This document shows positions 1-13,864 of a DNA stretch of 64,000 nt, piece by piece. Position 1 is the first letter of the stretch. The number at the start of each line of letters is the position of its first letter. The stretch covers positions 42,036,001-42,100,000 of the forward strand of contig NC_043006.1 of NCBI RefSeq assembly GCF_006345805.1. The letters run 5' to 3'. This DNA comes from Octopus sinensis. Lineage: Eukaryota. Under the pieces are notes generated by a model that saw nothing but the letters and a program-made list of their open reading frames with translations, was not told where the DNA came from and did no database searches. Both the position numbers and the translations under genes were made by a program.

Positions 1-209
1 AAATATGAAATGTACAAACACAATATAACTTTAGAAGAACTAGAGAATCCATTTATTGCTCACGAAGCAGAAACTTTAACTGGGAGCTATGTGCATGTAT
101 TAAGTAAATGTATATTCGTTGGTACGAAATGAAACAAAATTGATCTGCGTTTAACAAACATTAGTATTGATTTTTGAATGTTGATACACTGAGATCAAGA
201 ACAAAACTA

Positions 210-726
210 TCTATCTATCTATCCGCTCAGTCGAAGTCGACTCTCGGTTACTCGATGGATCAGTGTCCTCCAGCCAGTTATACCCTGGGTCGCTTCTTTC
301 AGATTGGCTATGTCCATTCCCGTGTCACGCTTGATGGTGTCAAGCCAGCGGGTTCTTGGTCGGCCTCTTCCTCTCTTGCAACTGACCATTCCGAGTATGA
401 TGTCCTTTTCCAGGGATTTTCTCCGCATAATATGACCAAAATATGCTTGGTGATCCTAGCTTCTAGCGACAGTTTCGGCTTGATCTGGTTATGAACTTCT
501 CCATTAGTGAGCCTCGCTGTCCATGGAATCCGTAAAAGTCTTCTCCAACACCAAAGCTCGAATGCATTAATTCTCTTCTGGTCAGCTTTCTTTAGTGTCC
601 AGGTCTCGCATCCATATGTTGCTATTGGGAAGACCATTGCATTCACGACACCAATCTGCATTTGGTAGCGAGTCTGATGTCTCTACTCTTCCAGACCTTG
701 CTCATGCTGACCATTGCTTCTCTACC
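210..726 (-). mobile_element. 5'-truncated RTE/BovB-like LINE 3' end with (GATA)n tail and 10-bp target-site duplication
   Basis: Minus-strand frames give AMVFPIATYGCETWTLKKADQKRINAFELWCWRRLLRIPW and KRGRGRPRTRWLD, typical RTE C-terminal motifs, with frameshifts. TSD AACAAAACTA at 200-209 and 727-736. Confidence 0.92.
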
Positions 727-992
727 AACAAAACTACCGACTAAAAAGTGATACGGCTAATGTGTAATGATAGTTGGAGAAGCATGAATCCCCCACTTCC
801 CATTGCACCGATTTCTAAAATGAGAGGGAAAAGTAATCAACACAACAAATTGTCCTAGTTTGTTGTTATTGTGGTTATCTTTAAGCTCTTTTTGAGCAAC
901 CTATGTTCAAATGCGTTCCAACTGTGGCAAACCCTCTTTTTTCAGATTACGTTCTTCAACGTATCTGTCATTAAGATAGGTACAGTCATTTC

Positions 993-1139
993 TGTGTAGT
1001 TAAGAAGCTTTACAACCACATGGTTTCAGGTTCGGTCCCATTGTACGGTCACTTGGACAAGTGTCTTCTACAATAGCTCCGAGGTGACCAGTGCCTTGTG
1101 AGTATATTTAGTAGATGGAAACTGTATGGAAGCCTGTCT
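993..1139 (+). mobile_element. Degenerate 5' part of SINE family A
   Basis: Aligns by eye to the head of the copies at 5497 and 17667 (CCACATGGTT..GGTTC..CCCA..CTTGG.CAAGTGTCTTCTAC.ATAGC). Confidence 0.7.
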
Positions 1140-2227
1140 TCTTTTGCGCTTGTGTAACTTAACCTTTCAAGGCAATACCCTAGCATGGTCGCAATGTGAA
1201 AGCAACAAAAGGATAATAGCTTAAATATGATATGAGTGATTTCAATGAGTTAATATACATAACTCTGCTTCAATCACTCTCACTCGCGCCACTCGCATCA
1301 CAGGTGAAGCAATAACAAAATGAATTTCTTACAGATTCTGTTAATCTCTAAGAAACTCATATTTGATTGCTTTGTAACTTGAAAGATGTGGAGATGATTG
1401 CTAGATACAAAATATAAAAATGAAAATTAGTTGCTTTATTATAGCTTGCAAGACATTAAACTGAGGATGTATATCAGCCCCTAAGACCTACTTTCACTGG
1501 GCTGAAATTGGTAGAAGATTAACGTTTAGGTTTTATAGTAGGAAAGAAGTAATATCGTGTAATATTCGCTCCTTTTTACTCATTATCGAAATGGCTACAG
1601 TCCAAAAATGGGATGTAAAACCAAATCGCACAGTCTATTGTCTCCTCTGTCTAAGATGAGCACTATTATATGTTCTGGTTATAAGCCCTGTGTTTTACGA
1701 GAACAGAAAGTAGAACAATTGATTCTTGTATGTCGTTTATATGGTACAGCACCGTATGATAAATGAACAACGTGTAACCTAGAATGAAATGCAGGTTGCG
1801 TTTTCTGCAAGCTCAGTCACTTCTCCCTATATTTGGTCCTCGCCATAAGATAACTAACTAGATATAGATTATTTTTGTAGCAAAGTTTCAAGTTTAATTA
1901 ACTTACAAGTTAATTAAGGATTCAGTAATGTTCAGTTCTTGAAGTATATCAGGAGGATAATTATTAAGTCAAAAACAAACATATTTAGGGAATGCTTTCT
2001 GGAGAATAGCGCATGCGTATTCATGAGTCCGTACTGAGAGCCCTGTATCTTACACATCCGGCTGATGTGTCTACAATAACGATGCATGACAATCTCGGAT
2101 TAGAGAATTGCGTGGCCTTCTGTCATTCACTATAACAAAAAAAAATCAAAGAAGGAAAAACTTAACATAATTAATCAAAACTAAATCTGAACAAATTGTT
2201 TCTAATTGAGAAGGAATATTTATACCT

Positions 2228-2641
2228 TTTGTCTTTCATCTTTTACGTGTTGCACTCATTAGACTGCGGCCATGCTGGGGCACTGCCTTGAAGACATTTT
2301 AGTTGAATGCATATACCCTCGTGTTTTTATTTAAAGTCTAGTACTTAATCAATCGGTCTCGTTTGCCAAACGTAAACAAACCTGTACTGGTTGTCAAGTG
2401 GTGATGGGGCACAAATACAGACATACACACACACACACATACTCTCCTACACACAAACACACACACATGCACACGCACATACACACATACATATATATGT
2501 GTGTGTATGTGTTTGTGTGTGTATGTGTGTGTGTGTGTGTTTGTGTGTGTGTTTGTGTGGTGTGTGTGTGTGTGTCTGTGTGTATGTATGTATACACGAC
2601 TGGCTTCTTTCATATGGTTGGGAAGCAAGCTATTTACTACA
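2228..2641 (-). mobile_element. SINE family A copy with expanded internal (CA/TG)n
   Basis: Reverse complement of the family A tail (GACTGCGGCCATGCTGG; TCGGTCTC.TTTGCC.AAC) followed by a microsatellite and head remnants. Confidence 0.75.
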
Positions 2642-2659
2642 CATTCAAGCCTGCACCTA

Positions 2660-3071
2660 TTTTTTATTCTTTCATTCGTTTCAGTCACTTGACTGCAGCC
2701 AAGCTGCAGCACCGCATTTAGTCGAACAAATCAACGCCATGACCTATCTTTTGTGACCCTAGTACTAATTCTATCGGTCTCTTTTTGCCGAACCACTAAG
2801 TTACGCGGACGTAAACGCACCAGCATCAATTGTCAAGCGATGGTGGGGGGACGAACACAGACACAAACAACAAATACATAAATGCATACATATATATATT
2901 TATAAATGTACGACGGGATTCTTTCAGTTTCCTTCTATCAAATCCACTCACAAGGCTTTGGTCGGCCCGCGGCTATAGCAGAAGACACTTACCCGAGGAG
3001 CCATGCAGTGGGACTGAACCCGGAACCATGTGGTTGGTAAGCAAACTTCTTACCACAGCCACTCCTGCGCC
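2660..3071 (-). mobile_element. SINE family A, full length
   Basis: Reverse complement of the 5497-5908 copy; ends CACAGCCACTCCTGCGCC. Confidence 0.9.
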
Positions 3072-4939
3072 TATGCAAATTAACATTTTATAAACAAAAT
3101 TAGAGATAAAGTTCAATAATTCTTCATTCGTGCTATATTCAGCGAAAAATTATACAGTTAATTAACAGGCTAATTCACAAATAATTATAAAAGCGGTGAA
3201 ATAAAACCAGTGCGTATTATTGACATAATGACCCTCGCGATAAGCAACAAAAAACTGTACACAAGTAAAATCAAAAATAGCTTATAATTCGTAGAAATAT
3301 TTTGTAAATATATAACCCGTTTTGTTTTTAAGTAATCTATTAATTTTCTTCAAGAGAGAAATTTACCGAGTCGCTGCAATCACTGGCTCATTTAAGATAT
3401 CAGAGAATTATTAAACCATGGCAAATAACTTCGTTTCTTCTTGTCGTTTTGTTTACTTAATTTCCAAGAAATTCGTATATTAGAAAAATCTTCAAATGAT
3501 CAACAATGATCAATGAATCATAATCTTTTATTTTATGTATGTTTATGCAATTATTTATTTGTTTTAAAACCATAATTCCAGAAAATTCTTTTACATCCAA
3601 AGTTTCATAACAAAACAAAATTAAAGATTTATTGATATTAACAAGTCATATTTTTTCCCTTGCCTTTTTTTTTTTTTTTCAAAAAGTAACTATTTATGAA
3701 ATGAAGCGAGAGTACTAAATACACATTTCGTGTTTTATTTTCGTGCAACTTGTTCTTAGCTATATATTTATTTTGCTTTTTAAATAGCTGAGACATACTG
3801 AAAGCTAGATGATAACTGATTCAATTCTAGTCATCGTTGCGGTACTATGTTTACGGGGATTGCACATAGCGACTGGTTGTTTAGAACATGCAGTCGTAAA
3901 TCTTTACAACGTATAAGTACCATATATTGAAACAACCTGTGAAATGTACTTACAAGTGTTTACTTATGCAACAAGTGCTTAGTTCAGTTGCTTCTGTGAG
4001 TCGAGAAAACATAGAAAAATTTATCCACGTCATTGTATTCTTTCCTCAGTGCCCAGTGGATATTTGAACGATAGGATCACCAACAGAGCAAGGGGATCCC
4101 CTTCAGTTGTACGTTGCCCGATGCTTATCATTTAGTAATCCTCTAGAAAGAAAATGGCAGTGTAAGTGGGGAAACGAAACAGATTGCCAAATGGAATACA
4201 AGAACAATTACTCAAAAAGCTTTAAAATATGATAAAGGTATACTCCAGAGGAACATAACTGCCAGCCTGATTTCACTTTCCCTTCTAAACCCAACATCCA
4301 AAGGGCTTTCAGCATTGAGAAAAATACAGATTGTATCAGTTCGTTTTTCTTGTCACCATTGATAAACATTAATTCTGTGAAATGGCTGTATTATTAATAA
4401 TTAACTGTGAAACAGTTATAGAAACACTGTTTCGTTTCTTTTATTGAATTATACTTTTAATAATCATTGTGTCAATGTATTTATCTGTTTGACATTACTT
4501 CTGTCAGTGAAAAATGTTCAAATAGAGCAGTAATTCCTAACTGCCTCGACTGTCATACATATCTCAAGTTACATTAAGTCGAAAACGATGAAAATAGGTA
4601 ACCGTACCAACAACCTTTGGGTTTTTTCTTGATTAAAAATGTACCGTTAATATTTAATAGTTATTGAGACACCAACAAAAGGTTGTATTTTTGTATAGTT
4701 TAACAGCAATCAAGTGACAACGTGGAAGTACATATCTTGTGGATGACAAAGCATTACACACATTTATTTTTAAAAGAACAGATGCCTCGTAGCCGTAGAA
4801 ATGAGCCGCAAGAGGGAAATAAGTTGTGTCCAATATAATAATTGACTACATTATTGTTTCCTTTCATACCAGAGGCATTGAGTCAGACTGTCACTCGTGG
4901 TATCGCTTTGAGAGTGGTATGATCGATCAACTTGAATAT

Positions 4940-5322
4940 TCTTTTCTACTCTAGGCACAAGGCCCGAAATTTTGGGGGAGGGAGCCAGTCGATTAGATCG
5001 ACCCCAGTATGCAACTGGTACTTAATTTATTGACCCCGAAAGGATGAAACGCAAAGTCAACCGCTGCGGAATTTGAACTCAGGACATAAAGACAGGTGAA
5101 ATGCCTATTTCTTTACTACCCACAAGAGATCAAACAGAGAGGGGGACAAACAAGGACAGACAAACGGATGAATTCGATTACCTCGACCCCAGTGCGCAAG
5201 TGGTACTTAATTTATCGACCCCGAAAGGATGAAAGGCAAAGTCGACCTCGGCGGAATTTGAACTCAGAGCGTAACGGCAGACGAAATACGGCGTGCTAAC
5301 GTTTCTGCCAGCTCGCCGCCTT
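4940..5322 (-). mobile_element. SINE family B, two internal modules, 14-bp TSD
   Basis: Head GGCGGCGAGCTGGCAGAA with B-box GAGTTCAAATTCC on the minus strand. TSD ATCAACTTGAATAT at 4926-4939 and 5323-5336. Confidence 0.9.
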
Positions 5323-5496
5323 ATCAACTTGAATATCATCAGATGCATTACACAAATACAAAACTATTATGGTGTCTCAATAACGAAATCAACTGTGAAT
5401 TACCAATGAGTCATTATTACTCGGTTGAATTAAACATATCTTGGACTGCTACTGTACTAACAGATATGACATACGACTGAAATGAAATTGACCCTA

Positions 5497-5908
5497 GGCG
5501 CAGGAGTGGCTGTGTGGTGAGTAGCTCGCTTATCAAGTACATGGTTCCGGGTTCAGTCCCACTGCGTGGCACCTTGAGAAAGTATCTTCTACTATAGCCT
5601 CGAGCCCACCAAAGCTTGTGAGCGGATTTGGTGGACGGAAACTGAAAGAAGCCCGTCGTATATATGTATATGTATATGTGTGTGTGTGTGTGTTTGTGCG
5701 CCTGTGTTAGTCCCCCCCCCAGCATCGTTTTACAACCGAAACTGGTGTGTTTACGTACCCGTAAATTAGCGGTTCGACAAAAGAGACCGATAGAATAAAT
5801 ACTAGGCTTACAAATAATAAGTCCCGGGGTTGATTAGCTCGACTAAAGGTGGTGCTCCAGCATGGCCGCAGTCAAATGACTGAAACAAATAAAAGAGTAA
5901 AAGAGTAA
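5497..5908 (+). mobile_element. SINE family A, full length (tRNA-like head, internal TA/TG microsatellite, (AAAGAGT)n tail)
   Basis: A-box-like TGGCTGTGTGG and B-box GGTTCAGTCCC; about ten related copies in the window. Confidence 0.92.
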
Positions 5909-6533
5909 AGAGAGAGAGAGTAATAGGGGAATAAAACTAAATTACATATTCGATTACAGTAGTAATGAGTAAGCAGTTCAATTATACACCCTAAAACATG
6001 GTCAAATACATATTCATTATTGTATATTACGAGGTGGTATCAAAAAATTCCCGGATTAGTTTGCAGGCAGAGCTAGCAGTAACCTTCATAAGGTAGTGTG
6101 CCGAGGACATTGCTGTGACACTTCGCAAGTTATGAAATTCATGTTTATGCGATCACAAGTAGGTTGTAGTCTGCGACCTTTGTCACGGAAAGGAAGTTGG
6201 AACAAAGAACCAACGAGAAATTTTACGTAAAAGTCGTTAAGTCTACTACAGAGAAATCGACCATGCTTCGGCAAGCTTGCGGCAACGAGACAATGGGGCT
6301 TACTCGATGGTTCGAGCGGTACGGGCGCACGACAGTGCCGCAGCACAATGAAGAGTATGCTCATCATTGTTTTCGATATCCACGGTACTGTGCATCGGGA
6401 ATTCGTCCCCACCAGGGCCAGGCCGTTAATCTAGAGTTCTACGGCTGCGTTTTAAGGCGTTTGAGGGGGGACATTCGGCGAAAGCGACTGGATCTGTTGA
6501 GGGCGAAAAATTGTGTTCATTACGATGACAATG

Positions 6534-7107
6534 GTGGAGGCGCGTGGCTTAGTTGTTAGGCTGTCAGCATCATGATCGTAAGATTGTGGTTTCGATTCCT
6601 GGACCAGGTGACGCGTTGTGTTCTTGAGCAAAACACTTCATTTCACGTTGCTCCAGTCCACTCAGCTGGCCAAAATGAGTAACGCTGCGATAGACTGGTG
6701 TCTCGTCCAGCTGGGGGACACATTTGTTTGTTCCTTCTCGAGCCGTGCCTGGCTCATAAGAGCCGGTTTCCTGGTTTCCTTGGCGTATAGGTTCCCCACC
6801 TGGACGGGATGCCGGTCCGTCGCAGGTGAGCTGCAAGATGCAGCAGGAAAGAGTGAGAGAAAGTTGTGGCGAAAGAGTCAGCAGAAGTTCGCCATTACCT
6901 TCTGCCGGAGCCGCGTGGAGCTTAGGTGTTTCGCTCATAAACACACACATCGCCTGGTCTGGGATTCGAACCCGCGATCCATCGACCGCGAGTCCGCTGC
7001 TCTATCCACTAGGCCATGTGCCTCCACATACGCCATTGAAACCGGGAAACCGGGCCCATGAGCCTAGCAAGGCTTTAAAAGGGCGCATTTATTTTATTTT
7101 TTGTTTT
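6534..7107 (+). mobile_element. SINE (family C head) inserted in the mariner, 14-bp TSD
   Basis: TTACGA(T/C)GACAATG at 6520-6533 and 7108-7121. tRNA-like head TGGCTTAGTTG..GGTTTCGATTCC and a T-rich tail. Confidence 0.85.
6722..7025 (-). mobile_element. SINE family D nested antisense within the preceding SINE
   Basis: Reverse complement of the 25533-25840 copy (GAGGCACATGGCCTAGTG...GGCTCGAGAAGGAACAAAC). Confidence 0.9.
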
Positions 7108-7765
7108 TTACGACGACAATGCACTTTGTCACCGAACCCTCCTCATTAGAGAGCTTCTCATCAAAAACAACATTGCATCACTTCTGCACCTGCACTATTC
7201 GCCAAATTTAGCACCTGCAGACTTCCAGTTCTTCCCTAAGATAAAAATGTAGCTCAAAGGCCGCCGAGATCCAAAACGAATCGTAGAAGGTTCCTGACTC
7301 GCTTACGGAAAACGACTTCCAGGCCGGATTCCAAAAGTGGCAGGAACACTGGTACTGATGTATTGCTGTGCAAGGTGACTATTTCAATGAAGATGATGTT
7401 AAAACTTAGGTAAATAATTTATTTTTTTTATTAAACATAACTAGTCCGAGAACGTTTTGATACCACCACGCATATGACTGCACATAAGTAAAAATATCAA
7501 AAGCCGAGATCATTAAGAAGGGGAAAAATTGTGAAGTATGAAATAACAATGACTGGAGTGAGTTCTAGTCAATGTAGAAATAAAGACATTTTGACTGAAT
7601 AGAGATGTTGATAGCATATATACATATATATATCACTTGGGAAATAGGAGGAGGTAATGTATAGAATAGAATTCGTGTTACTGATTATATGACTGTTTAC
7701 GTTTTTAGTGAAATACAGTGAATAAAAGATTTCAAAGAATAGAAAAATGTATTATATGCGAGTAG

Positions 7766-7866
7766 AATACATAGCAATAATTGAGGGAGTACATAACAAT
7801 AATTGTTAAAGTACATAGTTATAAGTGATAAAGTACATAGTAACGATTGATGGAGTATATAGCAAG
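7766..7866. repeat. Degenerate ~22-bp minisatellite (AGTACATAG-AATAATTG-like), about 4-5 units
   Basis: AGTACATA/AGTATATA recurs at roughly regular spacing. Confidence 0.45.
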
Positions 7867-8916
7867 TGAGACTAACAGATTTTAATAATACGGTGACTGA
7901 TAGCTTTCCACCAGTTAGAGTTCGAGAGAATAGCAGTCAGTCTTTAAGTGGAATACGAAGGCTTTGCTTTATATATGGAGTTTAATATATGTTTTTGTGT
8001 TCCCATCCCACGTAGAATCCCTTACAGTTATACGAAACTCTAATTACTTTTCTGAGTAAAAAGGCAAAAAGAAACCAAAAATAGTTGCCCCTAATTTCCA
8101 GATTGAAAAATTATTTTTCTTTCTAAGGACAGGAAAAATACATTGTATATCAATACTATGATATAAACATAAGGAGTAACAGAACACAATTAGCACAAAA
8201 TACATAACCCGCGGTTTTATCTCATGTCATTATAAACTTTGTATTCGATAAAAAGTTAGAGTCACTTCAATAGAATGCTTCCAGTTAGTCCATTTGTGTT
8301 ATCTCATTAAGGAACTGACTGTTTTGGTAATATGCAAGTCAAAGAATGCATCTGAATTTCAATGGTTTCATTATATTGACCAAATATCTGCAGGAAGTTG
8401 TTTATATTTCTTTGTATTTCTTTGTATTTCCGTCCCAAAATTAAACATTCATAACAAAATAATATATTTTATTTTCCTTCAGCAACGTTTGTGAAACGTT
8501 AACCATAATAGCGAAAATACGGATGCGATGGGTAGAAGAGAATATATTTGATTAACAATGGAACCTGAGAGAAAAAAATAAATAAATAATTTGTGTATTG
8601 AAGAGTGTTTTTCACAATATTTTCATTTCCCTTTTTTAAAGTTATACTTCATTCTTAATTTATTTGTTTCATTTCTTTCAGCGAATAATCATAGCTCCTT
8701 TACATAACTGGTATCTTGTAGCACGACGTCATTTAGGCTATGACATTATCAGTTTTAAGATTCCTTCTATAATTCATTATAGAAAACTTTTCAAATTAAA
8801 GATAGGCTTCTAGTAAATATATCGATGTGTGGGTGTGTGTGTGTGCATAGAGTGAGAAATAGTTTATGTCCTAATCGAAGCTTGACCACTTCTTGCCAGA
8901 CTTGCATTTTCCTTGC

Positions 8917-9271
8917 ATGGGCATATAAGTGGCTTTTGAGTCTTGAGAACTGTTTGAAATTTGCATTACAAACAGTGGAAATATATGTCACCACTGGTCA
9001 CACAGTTTCGTTTACGCTGTCTGATTTATGATATTTAAATACCTTCTTCGACAAGCAGCGGGACTTACAAGTCTGATTTAAAAATATGACATATGAGCAT
9101 GTCTGCTAGAATGAAGTCTGCGTCATTTGACCCAGCTGTATGAAGATGAGTTCTGAGATGTAGAGTAAAGCTAGCCTTAAAAAGGCAAGTCTTACCTCAC
9201 GTTGAGCGACTGAGGGATGAATTTCTTTGTGTGTTTAGCAAGGTGTTATTTTTCCGTGGTTCTCTTTTCAT
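8917..9271 (-). pseudogene. Decayed C2H2 zinc-finger coding remnant (two fingers)
   Basis: MKREP...RST*GKTCLFKASFTLHLRTH (9146-9208) and STVCNANFKQFSRLKSHLYAH (8917-8979) keep exact C-x2-C-x3-F-x5-L-x2-H-x3-H spacing. Cys codons are mutated (CGC, TGA, TCC) and the fingers are out of frame. Confidence 0.55.
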
Positions 9272-10143
9272 TGTTGTATACTTTCTTTTTGTTTTCTTCC
9301 AAATCCTTTACTGTAGAGCAGATCTTTATTTATTTCTGTCAAGAGCAATAAATTCGGTATATTTGTATGGTATATTCACCTCCCCAAGACTGTTTTTTTT
9401 TATTTTGTTTTTTTGCTGGGACGTCGGTCTACGAACGCTTCTCATCACAAACAAATCGGTTTACAGTAAAGAAAGTTATCTCGAGTAACGACTCGTTAGC
9501 AGGCATCAACGGTTGGTGCCAGGCTGAGAATATCAGCGACAAAAGTACATCTGCTGACTAACTTTCGCTCCTCGCTCATCCCTCCTCGAATTTTCCGTGC
9601 TTTCTTACGAATTTCCTACGATGAAAATAGGCTCGGGTGACGAACGGCGTTCAGGAACGAATTAAATTCGTACATCGAGGGTCCCATTGTATAGATAACT
9701 GCATTTCTACATATATACACACACAAACACACGCACAAATACACAGCCACACACCTATATATGTATATATATACATATATATATATATGAAATTATAACT
9801 TAGGGTATCTACGAGATACCGCCATGCTGAAAATAGCAGCCATGATCTGACTCAAAAACCACCTTAAACTGTTCATATAGCACACAGAGAGAAGACAAAA
9901 AGACAAAATAAAACTAGTAAAAGATTACTGGATAATTCCAGATCCCAGATTTCTGGATTTGCATTTAGGAATGCTTTGCTTCATCAGTGGAATATAAGAG
10001 AGACATAAATACCTATATATATATATATATATATATACATATATATAAATACAACATACGAATACTTACATTTACGAACGTATACATACATATATATGCA
10101 CGTATGTATCATGACTAGTTCAAAATGCCCGCTTCTTAATTCC

Positions 10144-10149
<6 letters not shown>

Positions 10150-10180
<31 letters not shown>

Positions 10181-10186
10181 AGTGTG

Positions 10187-10218
<32 letters not shown>

Positions 10219-10783
10219 GTGTGTGTGTGCGTGTGTGTGTGAAACAAATCATCATTTATTCACTAAAATTAAAACCATAATTCAAAATCTCAAAAATAAC
10301 CCCATGTCTTCATTTCTACCTATCACTTTCCAAATGATTTTATTTAGTGATTAGAAGAATGCAATTAATTCATGCGGAAGAAATTCAATTATAATCGAAG
10401 TGGCGAATTCTGTCCATGAATATAAAGAACTTTATAGGTAAAACACGAAAAACAAACTTAGAAATGTAACCTTTATGTGATGTACTTCATTCCATTTCAT
10501 TTATTGCATTGATGTTTCTCTTGCAAGCATTAGAAACAACGAATAAAATAATTGTTAGTTGTTTGTTTGTCTGTGTGTGCGTGTGTGTGTTTGTACGTGC
10601 GTATGTGTGTGTGTGTATGTTTGTGCGCGTGTGTGTGTGTTTGTGCGTGTGTGTGTGTGTGTGCGTGTGTGTGTGTGTTTGTGTGTGTGTAGTTCAAAGT
10701 TACAGAAAACAAAAATAATGGAACAACAATCAGGCATATTAGTTCTGCGCTCGGGAGGACTGGATATACAAACACACACGCGT

Positions 10784-10818
<35 letters not shown>

Positions 10819-11125
10819 TAAATACATACAAACATAAGAACATAAAATAAAACATACAAATCTGCACATTCATTGACTCCAAATACTGCACATATATATG
10901 CCTACATGCAAATATTATCCTATTGATGTTGAAATTCCAATGAAGGAGTCTTAAATCTAGGTTAGAAACCGGCTCTTTCTTTAGTGACAAGAAATCTTGA
11001 AATAAAACTGTATGATGACATACATACATACATACATACCTACATACATACATACATACATACATACATACATACATACATACATACATACATACATACA
11101 TACATACATACATACATACATACAA
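10150..11125. repeat. Cluster of (TG)n, (CA)n and (TACA)n microsatellites
   Basis: Directly visible; source of the spurious VCVC/HTHT/YIHT ORFs. Confidence 0.95.
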
Positions 11126-11256
11126 ACATATGTTTATATCCGAGTTTGTATGATTGTTTATATAAGAATATATTGATCAACGAAATTCCAACTTAGCCTG
11201 GTTTTCAGGTTTTATTATTTGCAGTTTTTACAAGTTTACAATATTGAAATAAACTA

Positions 11257-11600
11257 TTGGGTTGTCCGGAAAGTTCGTGCCGATTTATAGTGGCTTACCT
11301 TTCGACTTATTTTTAGAACATGGTTGGGTCCATAAAATAGGATTTGACTACACCATTTAGAGCACAGTTTAAGCTATCTTTTCGTGGAAGAAGATTTATG
11401 ATCCTATATCTTGTGTTAATTCTGTAACCCTTTAAAATGGAAGATAAAAAAGTTCTTTTTCGGTACGTGGTGCCTCACAAACAACGAAAGAAATATGCGT
11501 AGTTTACGGTGATGTTTCTTTATCCGAAAGAACTGTACGGAAGTTGTTCGCAAGGTTCCGAGCTGGAGATTGTAGCCTTATTGATAAAGAGCGATCAGGT
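11257..11600 (+). mobile_element. mariner 5' fragment (TIR plus degraded N-terminal HTH coding region)
   Basis: TA followed by TTGGGTTGTCCGGAAAGTTCGTGCCGATTT. MEDKKVLFR..ICVVYGDVSLSERTVRKLFARFRAGDCSLIDKERSG resembles a mariner transposase N-terminus. Confidence 0.8.
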
Positions 11601-12189
11601 AAAGTTACAAAATGTATATATATATATTCTGACATATATATATTCTGACATGGTATAATTAAGCTTCGCTACCTGCTATGGTATATTACTGATGAGCATT
11701 AAATTCCATGCGAAACTGGCACTCAATTACGGGGGGGGGGCGGATGTATGTATCCTACCTGTCAAAGGTAATGACGGCGTCGATCTAGGACATTCACCTT
11801 CCCCTTTCTCCTGCACATGAGGACGGACGTGGCTGACGAGACCGATATAAGGTAGGCAGATCCAGTGGTACTGAAAGTAACTCCGAACAGCAGCTGCTGG
11901 GGAATTGAGAACGACCTCTCCTCCTCTCTGCATACAGTCTCCTGCGTTCAGTCTCAAAGCGCTCTACTCCGGCGTCACACACGGACGATTAACAGACTTC
12001 CGATTAACAGCCAAGTGTTAAAATCTATTAATGAGAAACTGCTTGAGATTTTGATGAAAATGAAGTTTTCGACGTCCAGGTGAACTACTTCCAGTCTCGA
12101 TCTCGCTGAAGAGGACCGACTTTGAGATCTGGTTACCCGGCATCCGAATTATATAAGCCTTTGTAATACAGAATTATTCAGTTTTAGTT

Positions 12190-12610
<421 letters not shown>

Positions 12611-13864
12611 TATGCGATTCCCTCTAGCTATGGCCGTTAATGCAAGACAGATAACCATCCCCTCTACTTGCAGAAATATTAATATGAAGGGTGCCTTTGT
12701 ATTATAGAAATATTCATTTTTAGTTTAATATATATAAACATAACGTCCACACGATGAAAAAAAAAGTCTCGTTAATGCTCCAAGAAAGCATCATTTAGTT
12801 GCAAATTGGAGACCTGACATTTACTGATATACGAACATCATAAATAATCCTCTATATTCTCATATAGGATTTGATAGCACAAAATGTTGCTAAGTGATCT
12901 AAGGTGCGCATTTTCAATACAAGTCTCTCCGGAATTGTGCTTTTTTTTTTCAGTCTTCTTTTTTAGCTATGATTTATTGCAAAATCATTCTCTAAATTTA
13001 TTGCTGGATGTTTGTATATAGGTATGTATATTTTTAATATCTGCAATTCTGTAGAGTCCTATGATGAAATATAACCTCTTTTTATGGCTACACTTACACA
13101 CACACACACACACACATACATAAACACACACATACATAAACACATACATACATACACACATTTACACACAAAGAAATACATACATGTGCATGGGTTTGTG
13201 TGTATGTATGGGTGTATGCATATATGTATACCCGTAATTTTAGCCACAATGCTATACCAAGCCAACAATCGTCCGCTGGTATTAAGAGGAGCACTTGAAA
13301 GGAATCTGATCCGTTAAAAAAAGAAATGGACACGCTGCTACATGCGTTGTGGGAATGCAAAAAGATTCGGCTGTTCTTTTCTTCATATTAGATAATGACA
13401 TACGTGGTTCCTTATTGGCAAGTTTTTCTTTGCTTTGTTTTATTTTTAACCTGTGTTTCTCCCTGGTGGATGATAAATATGACTAACATCACTTCAGCTG
13501 GATCATCATGACAATTTTTACGGGCATGATGTATATAAGACTTCGTAATTCTTCATTTTTAAGCTTTGTTGTGTGATATCTTTAGATTTGGCAGCTGTTT
13601 CTGGCAGATCAAGCTCTCGTGTAAACTGTACCTTTTTGATACAAAATTTTTAAAGAGAAAGAATGCGAGAAGATTTATAAAAAGAAAAGAGGAGTGCAAG
13701 ATACGCTGAAAAAGCTCGTAATCACGATAGAGACAGGTGTTGGACAATTTTGAGTAAAGGAGGGAGGTAAGAAGTAGCCAGCTGCAAAGTTCGGCGGAAG
13801 TAGGTGAGAAAGGAAGATGAAACAAGTGTGGTATAGGTGTGAGGCAAGTATCTGTTTCTCTTTA

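Larger units (their letters stand above)
6030..7470 (+). mobile_element. Internally deleted mariner (Tc1/mariner) fossil interrupted by nested SINEs
   Basis: About 30-bp imperfect TIRs (CGAGGTGGTATCAAAAAATTCCCGGATTAG / CTAGTCCGAGAACGTTTTGATACCACCACG) with TA on the left. Transposase remnants GQAVNLEFYGCVLRRLRGDIRRKR..DDN and HYSPNLAPADFQFFPK lie on either side of the insertion. Confidence 0.88.

Noticed and set aside
9197-9199. Idea that A-to-I editing rescues the TGA in the zinc-finger remnant
   Set aside because: Editing would give Trp, not Cys, and cannot repair the CGC/TCC codons or the frameshift.
13480-13640. Minus-strand QFTRELDLPETAAK as a transposase remnant
   Set aside because: Weak similarity, no TIRs or further motifs.
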